A stretch of 64,000 nucleotides of DNA from a virus. The translations under genes and the position numbers were made by a program. A model generated the notes under the pieces. That model was not told the origin of the DNA, made no database searches, and saw only the letters and a program-made list of their open reading frames with translations. Of this stretch, positions 1 through 10,657 are shown piece by piece (the first letter of the stretch is position 1; every line of letters begins with the position of its first letter). The DNA lies in the IMG/VR virus record IMGVR_UViG_3300012953_000013, positions 120,867 to 184,866 of that record; one strand, 5' to 3'.

Positions 1-2027
1 CTATTGACAAAACCCATGAAACTAGCAACGGAAATCTGGACTTTCTCTTTTTGCCACTCTTCAAAAAGCTTTGGAAAACCCGTGTTTCCATTCATTTCTA
101 TTGGAAAACTAGCAATATTTTGGTTATACATGTAAGAAGCTTTATCGTTAAATGTATAGAATATCAATTGAACTTCATTAAACCTTTTAGTTTCCATCAG
201 GGGAGCGCCTATAAACAAACTGGCCAACCTTCCAAAAGAGCACCAATTAGAATTATCTTTTACTCTTGATGGATGGTTAGGAATTCTAGAAGAAGTTGAC
301 GTTTTAGATTCTCCCCTTGGTTTTAAAAATGGATCTCCCTGAGATTTTGCTATTCTTAATTTTCTTGTGATAGTTCCTGCAATTGTTGTCTGAATCTCGC
401 TTGTAGAATCCACTGCAGCTTGAAGAGAGTCTGCAAGAGCTTCTGTATCTCCACCAGCATTATTAGCGCTTCTCATAAAAGCCTGAATTTCTTCAAATTT
501 TTCACCAGAAAACATTGCGCCAGCATTTGTTGGGCTTAAGTTAGAAATTGTCGACATTCCAGTGACGTCTGCCATCTCTGGGCTGTCTCCCAAGACGCTT
601 CTTCGCAATAAATTAATTGACTCTATTAAAGCTTCAAGGGCCTGATATTTTGTTGTTGCTTCTGGCGAAACTCCAACATCAGTAACATTTATTGAGCTGG
701 CTCCTTTAGATACGCAGCTTAAAGAAATCTCTACTTGACCATCATCTTTAAAAGTATATTTTGAGTTGTATACTCCGAATTTCTCTTTTACCCTCAGAGC
801 ATTAATAAACATACCATAAGGATTATTAATATTCCCATTGTTTCCAGGGGCGTCTGGATGGCTCCAGCCATACTCTATGAGAAGCTCTGTTTGACCAAAA
901 GATGATGGTTTAACAAAAGCACCAATTTCGCCAAGCCTAGACCTATCATGAAGTACCAGCTTGATCTCTGCTGATTTGTGAGCCATCATTCCACGAGTAG
1001 GGGTAATTTTTATGCTTAATGAAGTCATTGTCATAAAAGGGCGCATTTTATCTAAAACGGGCGCGCCTCTTGGTGAACCTGCTTGGCCTGGCCAAGGAAC
1101 TTCTTGACCGCCGGAAGTTCGAGTTCTAGCACTTGCTTCTGTAAAAGCTGCAACTTCATCATAGCTAGAATAGTTTTCCCAGGAAGGGACTAAAGTTTGC
1201 GGTGAAGTGAAGATTTCCATTCCAGCTGAAGAATATTGGGCTGGTACTGCATCTGTGGGAGGAGCTGTACCGGCTGAAGCTGCTGCAGAATTGGCAGCAG
1301 CATTTTGGTTTGCTGCTGTCTCAGCAGCTGCAGCATCTGCAGAAGCAGCTGCCGCGCTTTTGGCTTGAGCAATTATACTATCTGCTGAATCGACTGTAAT
1401 TTTTGACATCCCGTTTAAGAATCTTAAATTGCTGATTCCAGAATATTTCATATTCGCCCCTTCGCCAGTAACTTGGGGGCCAGGGGTTATAACCTCAACA
1501 TCTACATAGGGAACAGCTCGAGACCATTCTAGTGTTGGTATCATATTCATAAATACTTCTACACCGCCAGTATCTCTTTGCCCAAAATTTAGCATAGCAG
1601 GAAGTATTTGAACGCAACAAAGACCGGGTTGAGCTTTGTTCGGAGCAGATGGATTAGATGCGGCACTTCCAATCTGATTGCCAAGCATATCATTCATTGT
1701 TATTCCAGAAAGAATACCTGTAGAATCAGACCCAACGCCATTAGTCCCTATCATATAAAATGCTTTTTTAAGGGCTGATGAGTCTCCGCCAGCAGCGGCT
1801 TCTCCAATTTTTGTCAGTATTTCAGCTAAAAATAACCCGCCATCTGTAAGACCTGTAACAACTTCAAAAGCTTTTGCATTCATGCTGAGGCCTGTAGTAG
1901 GGTCTTCTCCCTCTACTTGCCCCTCTTCCATTTGAAGCGCTTTTAAGAAAAAATCGTCTAAACTAGCAGCGTTACCGTATTTCTTGAGTTGCCTAATAGC
2001 TAAAGTAATATCATCAAAATTACTCAT
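1..2027 (-). CDS. Partial gene of at least 675 aa (3' end outside the window), putative baseplate hub / late-control-D-like structural protein
   Basis: Missing from the ORF track because it has no stop in the window. I translated it from ATG at 2027 (MSNFDDITLAIRQLKKYG...ELLIEYGWSHPD...FMGFVN) and it stays open to position 3. It directly follows the LysM-like gene, the usual hub position. Function is inferred from gene order. Confidence 0.6.
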   Translation of the reverse strand, partial: MSNFDDITLAIRQLKKYGNAASLDDFFLKALQMEEGQVEGEDPTTGLSMNAKAFEVVTGLTDGGLFLAEILTKIGEAAAGGDSSALKKAFYMIGTNGVGSDSTGILSGITMNDMLGNQIGSAASNPSAPNKAQPGLCCVQILPAMLNFGQRDTGGVEVFMNMIPTLEWSRAVPYVDVEVITPGPQVTGEGANMKYSGISNLRFLNGMSKITVDSADSIIAQAKSAAAASADAAAAETAANQNAAANSAAASAGTAPPTDAVPAQYSSAGMEIFTSPQTLVPSWENYSSYDEVAAFTEASARTRTSGGQEVPWPGQAGSPRGAPVLDKMRPFMTMTSLSIKITPTRGMMAHKSAEIKLVLHDRSRLGEIGAFVKPSSFGQTELLIEYGWSHPDAPGNNGNINNPYGMFINALRVKEKFGVYNSKYTFKDDGQVEISLSCVSKGASSINVTDVGVSPEATTKYQALEALIESINLLRRSVLGDSPEMADVTGMSTISNLSPTNAGAMFSGEKFEEIQAFMRSANNAGGDTEALADSLQAAVDSTSEIQTTIAGTITRKLRIAKSQGDPFLKPRGESKTSTSSRIPNHPSRVKDNSNWCSFGRLASLFIGAPLMETKRFNEVQLIFYTFNDKASYMYNQNIASFPIEMNGNTGFPKLFEEWQKEKVQISVASFMGFVN

Positions 2028-2030
2028 GAT

Positions 2031-2330
2031 TTACCCCACATATAGAGAAACCTGAGACAGATCTGTTGGTATTGTTAAAACTATTCCAGGCGGTACTTGT
2101 AAAGCCCAGCCAATTCCGCTAGCTGCCGCAATAATCCACCAAAGTCCAGCATCACCATAAGTTTTTCCCGCTATAATGTCTAGACGTTCTCCAGCTTTAA
2201 CCTGTCTTCTTTCAACAGTTAAAGATCCATTTTGCGCAGCAGAATAAAGAGCTATTCCAGCTCTTCCAGTTCCAACTGTAGAACCACCCTTTAGAACTGG
2301 CGATCTTGAGTATCTTCTTATTGCTGCCAT
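2031..2330 (-). CDS. LysM-like baseplate protein (P2 gpX / T4 gp53-like)
   Basis: 99 aa with a LysM-type pattern (AGERLDIIAGKTYGDAGLWWIIAAASGI...VPPGIVLTIP). Lies downstream of the tape measure and tube-initiator-like genes. Confidence 0.75.
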   Translation of the reverse strand: MAAIRRYSRSPVLKGGSTVGTGRAGIALYSAAQNGSLTVERRQVKAGERLDIIAGKTYGDAGLWWIIAAASGIGWALQVPPGIVLTIPTDLSQVSLYVG

Positions 2331-2335
2331 GATTA

Positions 2336-5300
2336 TTATGCTCCCTCGGGTTTTGGATCGTCTTCTTCTTCTGGAGGTGGAGGTAGTAATTTAGCCAACG
2401 CCTCAGTCAACATTGCTTTCGTATTTGTTTCTGCTGTCAAAGAATGTCCAGAACCAAATAGACCTCTAACAATTCCACCAACATTATATGCTGGGGCTCG
2501 AATTGCTCCGTCGTAATCTAGACCAAGTGGAATATCGTGAATTGGAGAGAATCCCATTGTTACTTTTACATAAGTCGGCGCCCTTCTTCCGGGAGTTTCA
2601 TCCCAAGGGGCTAAATTCCAATCAAAATCAAGCTGGGTTATTGCTCCAGCAATACCCTTACCACCAGATTCATGAAAAGCACGAACTATGCTGTTTCCAG
2701 ATATATCTCCCTCTTTAGTTCCGAAAAAGTCTTTGAGTCCATCTGCTGTAAAAAGAGTCGGTTCTGGTGGATCTGCAAACGGGTTAGGCAAGCCACCAGC
2801 ACTAGCTGCTGAACCAAGAGTATTATTAATAGCGTCTAAAGCGGCTTGTTCATGATCTAAGATTAAATCCATATCTCCGCAAATAACACATTGGTTAGCG
2901 GGATCTTTTAAGCCTTTAACTAAAGGTCCAGCCTCGTCTAAAACCACAGCATATCTTACTCTAGCTTTTTCTTTTACTCTCGTTTTTGTGTTATCTGAAG
3001 CATTTTCTGTTCCCCCACCAGATACATCAACAACTGGCCTGATAACAAAGCCAGCAACCTTACCTTTTCTATCAGCTTCTTGACTGGCTGGAACTTTAAG
3101 CTTTCCAAAAAATGCTTCTTTAAAATTAACTGTAGTTACATCTAATTTACAAATCTTGTATCTTGAAGGTTTTATTATCACTGTTGAACCGACTGCAAAA
3201 CCTTTAGATACTCCGGGTATCATTGGAAGGCCTGCAGCAACTGCTATATTAGCTGCTATGGCTTCTTCATATGGGGGCGGGCCATTTTGAGCTTCTGCAT
3301 GGAGGTTCTCCATATAGTCCATAACATTTTTAATTTTCCCGTCCATGTCTTCTTGCTTATCAACTCCAATATCTTTATACGGAGCTTTACTATCTATTGT
3401 GAAACTTGAACTTCCAAGACCGAAAAGCCTAGATAAACTTTGGATTGAATAGTTGCTTGACCAAAGTTCTCCAACTCTTAAGCGAATTATTGGAGAAGCA
3501 GTTGGAACTTGAGAGAATGGCATTATAAACGTGTTCTTTCCATCTGCAGATTTCTTCATTGTGCCTTTAGACCAAGATGGATATACCATAGCAACTAATC
3601 TATTGATTGCGAAATACATTTCATCCATATCTTCTGGTCCTGTAGCCACCATAAAGAAGCTCAACCCCATAGACCTCTTAGTCTTCTTATAGATCATGAC
3701 GTCGTCCATCCTACCAAATCCGCCCATATTACTCCATTCAGGAGCAAAACTATCGGTAAAACTGTCTATAAAAGTGTGCATTGCTAAAATTTCATTAGTT
3801 CTAAGATCGTGAAAATAAAATGGTATGTAATAAGCATTTAGCTCATCTTCAAACTGCTGCCTTTCATCTGCAGTATATCTGCCGCCAAGAGGTCTTGCTG
3901 GAACATCATCGCTAGCAGATTGGGGAGATCCTTCATCTTTTGGAGCAATTCCACCAAATTTCTGGGTTTTTTCTCCTAGTCTTCCAACACCTTTCGGCAT
4001 TTTGCCAGCAACTCCAAAAGCTTCATTGAAACCCATTGCAGCATTTGCGCCCAATACGTTTGGTGGCAACAAATATCTACTCGGAGTAGAACCAAATCTC
4101 CAAGCCAACCTATAGTCTGGATCTTTACCCATTAAAGTCCTAGATTTAATATGAAGATTTGCAATTCCAGGAGCTAATCTGTCTGGTTGTCCTTGGGCGC
4201 TTGTATATGGTGAAAATTCCATAGCTCCACCACTAAAACCACCGGACAATAATACTATATCCCCTAAAGAAGCAAGAGTGTTTAAAAACTGGAATGTTGT
4301 CGAGGTTGCAAAAGCGTCTAAGACAACAAAGACACTCTCTAATCCTCCAACAATGTTACTAAAATCTGCTTCAGCAATTGAGTTTGAAATTTGTTCTAAA
4401 TCTCTAATTGCAGCCCTAGAAACAATGATAAAATACCCTGATGAAATTACGTCTATGATTCTAAAGTAAAACTGTAAAATTCCATAAAACATAGCTGCTA
4501 AAAAGCTTTTTCCAGAACGCAATATTGGCATTCTTAAAAGTTTCATCAGCCATTTCCCAATAGTCAGATCACCGAAATCAGGTTGGCCTGCAGCAGCACC
4601 CATTGGAAGGGGCTCGGGAGTCTCTTCCACTTGGCCTGGTGGGAACATTAAGAAAATTAAGCTGATTATAGCCGCTAAAATTATTCCAGCAACTAAAACT
4701 GCTACAGCTGCTATAACCGCTAAAACGATCATCCCAGTGGGTAGAGGTCCGTCGAAAGGTTCTAAATAACTGTTTAGTTGCCCATAAGATTTTGCATTTT
4801 TAGCGTCAAGCCCTTCGGTATTAGCGCCTTTTCTTCTAATTCCATCCTGCTTTAAATCAGTATTGGGGTTTCCGGGGTGGTCGCCAAATGGATTTCCATG
4901 AGCGTTTTCAGTCCTAAGTGAAGATCGACTAACTTTCGCAAGTTGAAGCTGCACATCTATTCCTTGACCTATTGCATTTGTTTGATCTGCGCTGTCTGGA
5001 TTAGCATCTGAATCACTTGCGCCAGCGGCTGAAAGCATCAATGAAAATCCTACTTTGGCCAACTCTTCAAAAGCTGCACCTTCAGCATCTTCATTGTATC
5101 TTCCCATGGTTTTCTGGATGCTGAACATACCGTCTGAATATTCTTTATCTTGGATGTATGGGGACTCTGTACCAGGTGAAAACCTGTTATATTTTAAAAC
5201 ATCTGAAACTTTTTTGCGAAGATCAACGCCTGGATCAGATGCATTTTCTACCGTTTCATAAACACCACTCCAAACATCACCCACAACTTTGCCTAAAAGT

Positions 5301-5701
5301 TCATGTCCGTCAGTTTGGCTGCTTTTGTCTAAAAAGTCAGTTAAGGGGCCAATAGTACCGCCACCTTCGGCGTCTGGAGTAGAACCATCAGTAATAGTCG
5401 CATAATATGATTTTGCTACTTGCTGAACTCCGGCCATAAAACCATCAGGCATAACCCCATCGACAGCTATATCGATTAGTTCTGGAGTCCCTAAAACTAA
5501 AGGGTCATCCGGCGTTGTTTTTTCAACAGGAGCAGTTGGGTGGTATTGGTTTGTTTCTGTAGACGATAGCATCCACTGTCCCAAAGTCTCCATAGAGGAG
5601 TCTTTGAGATCTGACGTCTCAAATGCAACTGGTTCAGCCGGAGCTTCTTCAGCGGCTGGATCAGATGTTGGCGTAAAATCGCTATCTTTAACTTCAGACA
5701 C
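2336..5701 (-). CDS. 1121-aa tail protein with a tube-initiator-like (gp48/gp54) domain and a hydrophobic transmembrane-like segment
   Basis: GTG start with a GAGGT RBS. The segment IPFYFHDLRTNEILAMHTFIDSFTDSFAPEWS...GRMDDVMIYKKTKRSMGLSF...PIIRLRVGELW resembles tube-initiator domains. Hydrophobic stretch GMIVLAVIAAVAVLVAGIILAAIISLIFLMF. Confidence 0.6.
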   Translation of the reverse strand: MSEVKDSDFTPTSDPAAEEAPAEPVAFETSDLKDSSMETLGQWMLSSTETNQYHPTAPVEKTTPDDPLVLGTPELIDIAVDGVMPDGFMAGVQQVAKSYYATITDGSTPDAEGGGTIGPLTDFLDKSSQTDGHELLGKVVGDVWSGVYETVENASDPGVDLRKKVSDVLKYNRFSPGTESPYIQDKEYSDGMFSIQKTMGRYNEDAEGAAFEELAKVGFSLMLSAAGASDSDANPDSADQTNAIGQGIDVQLQLAKVSRSSLRTENAHGNPFGDHPGNPNTDLKQDGIRRKGANTEGLDAKNAKSYGQLNSYLEPFDGPLPTGMIVLAVIAAVAVLVAGIILAAIISLIFLMFPPGQVEETPEPLPMGAAAGQPDFGDLTIGKWLMKLLRMPILRSGKSFLAAMFYGILQFYFRIIDVISSGYFIIVSRAAIRDLEQISNSIAEADFSNIVGGLESVFVVLDAFATSTTFQFLNTLASLGDIVLLSGGFSGGAMEFSPYTSAQGQPDRLAPGIANLHIKSRTLMGKDPDYRLAWRFGSTPSRYLLPPNVLGANAAMGFNEAFGVAGKMPKGVGRLGEKTQKFGGIAPKDEGSPQSASDDVPARPLGGRYTADERQQFEDELNAYYIPFYFHDLRTNEILAMHTFIDSFTDSFAPEWSNMGGFGRMDDVMIYKKTKRSMGLSFFMVATGPEDMDEMYFAINRLVAMVYPSWSKGTMKKSADGKNTFIMPFSQVPTASPIIRLRVGELWSSNYSIQSLSRLFGLGSSSFTIDSKAPYKDIGVDKQEDMDGKIKNVMDYMENLHAEAQNGPPPYEEAIAANIAVAAGLPMIPGVSKGFAVGSTVIIKPSRYKICKLDVTTVNFKEAFFGKLKVPASQEADRKGKVAGFVIRPVVDVSGGGTENASDNTKTRVKEKARVRYAVVLDEAGPLVKGLKDPANQCVICGDMDLILDHEQAALDAINNTLGSAASAGGLPNPFADPPEPTLFTADGLKDFFGTKEGDISGNSIVRAFHESGGKGIAGAITQLDFDWNLAPWDETPGRRAPTYVKVTMGFSPIHDIPLGLDYDGAIRAPAYNVGGIVRGLFGSGHSLTAETNTKAMLTEALAKLLPPPPEEEDDPKPEGA

Positions 5702-5723
5702 AATTACCTCTTAATATCCTTAA

Positions 5724-6029
5724 TTATCTTCCACCCATTTTTTTCTTAGCAAGTTCCTGGAATCTTTTCTTTCCTTCAGGGGTGCTAAGCATTGTCTTAA
5801 AGTGGTCTAAAACTTTTTGGTATTTTTCTGACTGAATTTTGGCTTCTTTAAGAACTTCAGATTTTTCTACGTCTTGAAGATCTTTAGTTACTTCTTTAAA
5901 CGCAGCAGTTTCTTGTAGAAACTCGAATATATTCAGCTTGTTGATTTCTTCTACAGTTTCTCCGACTCCAAAAGGGCCGCCTCTTTCGTCAAATTTAACT
6001 TTATTTTTTTGTTCGTCTTTTTTACTCAT
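5724..6029 (-). CDS. Hypothetical protein (101 aa, charged, helical)
   Basis: AAGGAG RBS; fills the gap between the tape measure and the next gene. Confidence 0.7.
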   Translation of the reverse strand: MSKKDEQKNKVKFDERGGPFGVGETVEEINKLNIFEFLQETAAFKEVTKDLQDVEKSEVLKEAKIQSEKYQKVLDHFKTMLSTPEGKKRFQELAKKKMGGR

Positions 6030-6038
6030 TTTATCTCC

Positions 6039-9000
6039 TTAAGCTGTTGAGCCTCCAAGTGATGAAACTCGAGAACTTGACCCTCTCAATACTAAATCAC
6101 TCTCAATTAGTGGTGTAGCAACATCCATAGCCTTCATCGTGACATTTAAGCTCATGTTAATAGTAACATTACCATCCGCAATTGTAATATTATCTCGCTT
6201 AACTCTAAGGCTTTCGTTAACTTGCTCTAGAACAGCATCGATATTTAATGGTGTTATATTTGAGAGTCTTGCTGCTTGATCGTTGTATGCTTGAACAATA
6301 TCTGCAATATGTTTTACGCCTTCTCCAACGGCGACCTGATCAAAATCCATAATACCGGATTCTGCAATATCGGCTGCCATATCAGTAAAGCCTTTAGACA
6401 TCCTTCCAAGATCTCTAGCGCTGTTAATCCAACTAGTAGCCATTTCCGGATTAATTGTAAATCCTCCTGAAGCAGCTAAAGTAGCAGCGGTATTAGCCCA
6501 AACATCTAAGCCAATGATATCGGCAACATGATTAACCATTTGAACAATTGCTGTGCTGGCAGCTCCGCCACCTTCAGAAAAATCTTCATTAAGAGCTGAT
6601 TGGTTTTCTTCCCACGCTTTTAAGATTTTTCCAATGCCATTAATCATATCTCCAAACGCTTTGGCTTTTTCTCCCATTCCTTCTGGCATCGCCCGAAGAC
6701 CACGGACCATTGATCGTACCAATCTTGGAATAGTTGGCCCAATTCTATCAAGAAGCGTTGTCATCGCGCCGACGACAGCGTTAATTTTTTCATCTACACC
6801 CTCACCGGTGACTGCACCGACAATTGAGTCCATTGCCCCATGATTTTCTACGACTGCTGTAATTGGTCCCGACATAGCTGAAGCTAAGTTTGCAACTCCA
6901 CCAACCATGCCCGCAATAGCTTCAGCACCCTTAAGCGCTTTTTCATCCATTTTACCAGCCATGCCCACCAGAAGCTCGATCATTCGAGTCATAGTATCGC
7001 CAACAGCTTCAATGAACCTAACAGACATATTAACCATATCATCCATGCTGGTATCACCAAATACTTCGCTGGCTACACCAACCATTGCCATGTCTAGTCC
7101 AAGGCCACCAATAGCTGCAGTGGCTTCTATTACTTTACCAACAATGTCTACAATTTGTGCAGTTCTTTCAGGATCGGCGACAGGCACCCTCATTACAGCA
7201 TCAATAACTCTGCCAACATCATCAAACGCCGTTGATGCAAAGTCTGCTGCAGCAGAAATTCCTTCTTGGATAAACCTTACTACTGGCATAAACAGCCTGA
7301 ATGCCGCGCCAAGAACTGCGAGACCTGCAACTGAAGAGAGTGCTCCCTTCATTACATCAATAGCACGCTCGATTTTGTCCATTCCGCCAGGCATTGCATC
7401 GAAAATCTTGACCATTCTGGCTAGGGCTGTTGCAAATGTACCTGCAGCTGCAACTAATAAATCAGCCCCGGCTTCTAGGCCCGGAACTGCTGCAAGGAGA
7501 ACTGGAATTGCAAGAGTAAGGGCAGCTCCACCGATAGCGAGCCCTGCAATCGCTAAGAAAGTTAATCCCATTGTTCCGAGAATTCCAATAACTCTCATGA
7601 GATCCATTCCGTCAAATACCTTAACCACTTCTCTCAACGCTAGTGCAAACACGCCTCCTGCCACATACAAGAAGGCTGCACCTGCTAGCATACCTAGAGC
7701 ACCAAGACCAAGGGTTATACCACCATCGGCAATCATAGCGGCGCCGCCAAGAGCAGCACCCCAAACTGCAAGTGCTGATAAGCCTATCATCGCGAGGAGC
7801 TCTACAACTCTCAGAAAATCTATCCCTGCGAGGACTTTATCAATTACCATGATGGCAACCGCAAACAATCCGCCCGCTATACCCAAGAATGCTGCAGCGG
7901 CAACCATTCCTAAACCGCCACGGATCATATCTGCTTCTTTGATCTGCTTAGCCATTTTAGAAAGCACCCAAGCAGCTCCAATAGCAGCGCCCATAGCTAA
8001 GAACGCTTTTCCAATATCTTCCCAAGCAATCGGGCTTAAGATAACTGCTGCTGTAGCGATGGCAATAGCCATAATAACAACAGTTCCGCCAATAAATGCA
8101 GCGACTTTCAATCCAGTTATAATAGCTTTGTTTACATTACCTTCGTCAATGTCAGCGATATCGTTAATCGCGCCTGAAAGCCTTTCAGTAAAACTCTTTT
8201 TCGGAAGAGCGTTTTCATCGGATGCATTTTTTGTGTCTTCAGCCATTTTAACGCCTAGCCAAGAAAGAATTTTAGCTTTAAGGTATTCCATTGCAACAGC
8301 TTTAGCTAAAGCAACTGTAAACTGCAGTGCTAACCAACCGGCCATGGCCGTTAATACTATGGCAACCTTACCCTTATGGGCCCACATTACTTGGCCCAAA
8401 GCTTTTGTTAGTTCCCAAATAAGCGTCGGCAAGGCATCCATGAGAGCGCCAAAAGCGTCGCCGAAAGCTCCCATAAGAGCTCCGCCAATCGTTGTTCTAT
8501 CTCCGCCGCCTCCACCAGCACCTGAAAGAGCGTCTGCTAAACCGCGAATCATCTCAACAAGTTTTTCAGTAACCCAGGGTATCATTCCTGTGATAATACC
8601 ACCAAAAGCATTAATCATGTTGACAGCACCCTCTTTCATCTTGTCGACAAAGGTGCCTGTTCTGCTTAAGTGGTCATCAAAGATTCCCATAAGGCTGTCC
8701 ATCAAAGTTTGAACAGCAGCTGCTGGATCTGTAGCTAATTGGCCGAAAAACGTCCTAAAAACTTCTGTGACTTGGCTCATCGTGGTTCGCCACTCGCCTG
8801 GATCGAAAAATCCAGCAAGTCCCTCTAAAAAGTCTTTGACTCCCGGGAACATTTCAACGAACATTTTGCCAACTTCTTTACCGGCTTTGTGGACTTCTCG
8901 AAGCATTCCATAAAAATTCCGAGCCAAAGCAAGGAATTCTTTTGAGTTCATAATGCCATCAACAACGCCCTGGAAGAATGCACTAAATGGGCCGCCCATA

Positions 9001-10562
9001 TTTTCTTTGCCACCACCTAGAGCTTCATGGACTTTATCAATAGATTTAGCCAACACAAGGTTAGCCTCTTCTTGGGAAATCGCACCGGCTGCGGCTGCAT
9101 CAGCAGCTGAATTAAAGTCATCCAATCCAAGCTCAGCATTTTCCGGATCAAAAGCACCAGCCAATGCTTCTTGAGACATCCCTGTGATATCCGCCATTCT
9201 TGCTTTTTCTTGACGGCTCATCTCGTCGAATGATTGGCCTGTCTCTAAGAATGATTGGCGAATCATCTCAGCTTTTTCAGCCGGATCAGCATTCATAAGC
9301 TCCATGGTATCTACAGTCATACCAAAAGTGCCTGCTAATTCACTGGCAGCTTGAGCGGCGCCTTCAAAATCATCAGTTTTTGCTGTGATACCTTGAAGGT
9401 CTTTCATGGCTATACCAAGTTTGGCAGCATAAGCTGCGGTTGATGTTAAAGACTCTACAGACATTCCACCGAAAGTAGCGTAATCTGCGGTCATATCATT
9501 AATATTCTTACCAATACGTTTAGCATCAACACCAAACTGTTGAGAGAGATGAACTGTTCCACGTGCGACATCATCTAGCATCGTGCTAAGTTCTTGGCCA
9601 GAGTGTGCAGCCATAAGTTGCATATTGGACATAGCTTCTGCTTCAATGCCCAAAGCTTTATTAGCTATAACATAAGAATCTATATTTTGCGCAAAATCAT
9701 CAGCAACTTTTCCAAGTGTATCACCAAGCGCTGCCGCGACTTCTCCAGTATATTGAATGGCTGCTGCCATTCCATCAGGTCCACGGCCAAACATTGCAGT
9801 AGCGCTGGCACCTTCCATGCCCATATTTTTAACTGCCGTTTTTACTGCCGAGAACTCAGCACTAGAACGAGATATTTCTTTAGCTACCCCTTCCCATGCA
9901 TTTGCTACTTGGACACCTGCGCTTCCTGCTTGGTGAGCTGCGTCTGCTAAGAGACCCATTCCGCCAGAAATAGCTCCGAGAACTCCCATCCCGACGTTTC
10001 TTACAGCGCTAAATGCTCCGCCGATTACATTTGTAATTTGTGTGAAACCAGAACTTAGGGCTTGGGTCAAGTCTCCTATAGAGATTCCTGCAAGAGCTGC
10101 AGAAAAAGCTTTTGCAGCCACACTTGAGCCTTCAATGTTTTTAGCTACACCCTCGAATGGTTTGATTTTCTTGACTTGATCGAAGATATCACTGAGATTT
10201 TCGGCATCTTCAATGCCCTCTTTGAATTCGTCCCAGAAATCTTTTTGAGTTTTCTTTAGTTTGGCAGAATTTTTCGTAGCATTTTTTAACGCCTCTGCTA
10301 AGTTTGAAGATGCATCGCCAGATCCTGTAGCTGCTTTTTGTGCTGCTTGCAGGGCTGCGGCTAAATTACTCGTATTAGTACTTGATTCTTTAGTGTCGCC
10401 AGCAATTCCCCCCAAGGCTTCTTTAAGAGCTCCTGCTAAATTAGCTTGAGCGCCAAGGGAATTATTTTGGGCATTAATCAGGCTCTGACGGTCAGCCAAC
10501 AATTGTTGGATCTGCCTTTGTAAATTTAGTTGATTTTCTAAATTTTGGGTTTCGTCAGACAT
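6039..10562 (-). CDS. Tail tape measure protein
   Basis: 1507 aa, rich in Ala/Gly/Met and helical, with a hydrophobic central region. Lies downstream of the sheath, tube and chaperone genes. GAGG RBS. Confidence 0.85.
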   Translation of the reverse strand: MSDETQNLENQLNLQRQIQQLLADRQSLINAQNNSLGAQANLAGALKEALGGIAGDTKESSTNTSNLAAALQAAQKAATGSGDASSNLAEALKNATKNSAKLKKTQKDFWDEFKEGIEDAENLSDIFDQVKKIKPFEGVAKNIEGSSVAAKAFSAALAGISIGDLTQALSSGFTQITNVIGGAFSAVRNVGMGVLGAISGGMGLLADAAHQAGSAGVQVANAWEGVAKEISRSSAEFSAVKTAVKNMGMEGASATAMFGRGPDGMAAAIQYTGEVAAALGDTLGKVADDFAQNIDSYVIANKALGIEAEAMSNMQLMAAHSGQELSTMLDDVARGTVHLSQQFGVDAKRIGKNINDMTADYATFGGMSVESLTSTAAYAAKLGIAMKDLQGITAKTDDFEGAAQAASELAGTFGMTVDTMELMNADPAEKAEMIRQSFLETGQSFDEMSRQEKARMADITGMSQEALAGAFDPENAELGLDDFNSAADAAAAGAISQEEANLVLAKSIDKVHEALGGGKENMGGPFSAFFQGVVDGIMNSKEFLALARNFYGMLREVHKAGKEVGKMFVEMFPGVKDFLEGLAGFFDPGEWRTTMSQVTEVFRTFFGQLATDPAAAVQTLMDSLMGIFDDHLSRTGTFVDKMKEGAVNMINAFGGIITGMIPWVTEKLVEMIRGLADALSGAGGGGGDRTTIGGALMGAFGDAFGALMDALPTLIWELTKALGQVMWAHKGKVAIVLTAMAGWLALQFTVALAKAVAMEYLKAKILSWLGVKMAEDTKNASDENALPKKSFTERLSGAINDIADIDEGNVNKAIITGLKVAAFIGGTVVIMAIAIATAAVILSPIAWEDIGKAFLAMGAAIGAAWVLSKMAKQIKEADMIRGGLGMVAAAAFLGIAGGLFAVAIMVIDKVLAGIDFLRVVELLAMIGLSALAVWGAALGGAAMIADGGITLGLGALGMLAGAAFLYVAGGVFALALREVVKVFDGMDLMRVIGILGTMGLTFLAIAGLAIGGAALTLAIPVLLAAVPGLEAGADLLVAAAGTFATALARMVKIFDAMPGGMDKIERAIDVMKGALSSVAGLAVLGAAFRLFMPVVRFIQEGISAAADFASTAFDDVGRVIDAVMRVPVADPERTAQIVDIVGKVIEATAAIGGLGLDMAMVGVASEVFGDTSMDDMVNMSVRFIEAVGDTMTRMIELLVGMAGKMDEKALKGAEAIAGMVGGVANLASAMSGPITAVVENHGAMDSIVGAVTGEGVDEKINAVVGAMTTLLDRIGPTIPRLVRSMVRGLRAMPEGMGEKAKAFGDMINGIGKILKAWEENQSALNEDFSEGGGAASTAIVQMVNHVADIIGLDVWANTAATLAASGGFTINPEMATSWINSARDLGRMSKGFTDMAADIAESGIMDFDQVAVGEGVKHIADIVQAYNDQAARLSNITPLNIDAVLEQVNESLRVKRDNITIADGNVTINMSLNVTMKAMDVATPLIESDLVLRGSSSRVSSLGGSTA

Positions 10563-10657
10563 CTACATCCTCTGGTGGCAATCTGTTGCTTTCAACTCAT
10601 CAGATAAGTATTCCATCAAACAAATGTTTGGCAATACTCAGATGATAAATCTGATTC

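Noticed and set aside
6907-8712. 601-aa plus-strand ORF
   Set aside because: It is entirely antisense to the Ala/Gly/Ile-rich tape measure region, has no RBS and has a low-complexity A/P/I/S/T composition. It is best explained as a codon-bias shadow.
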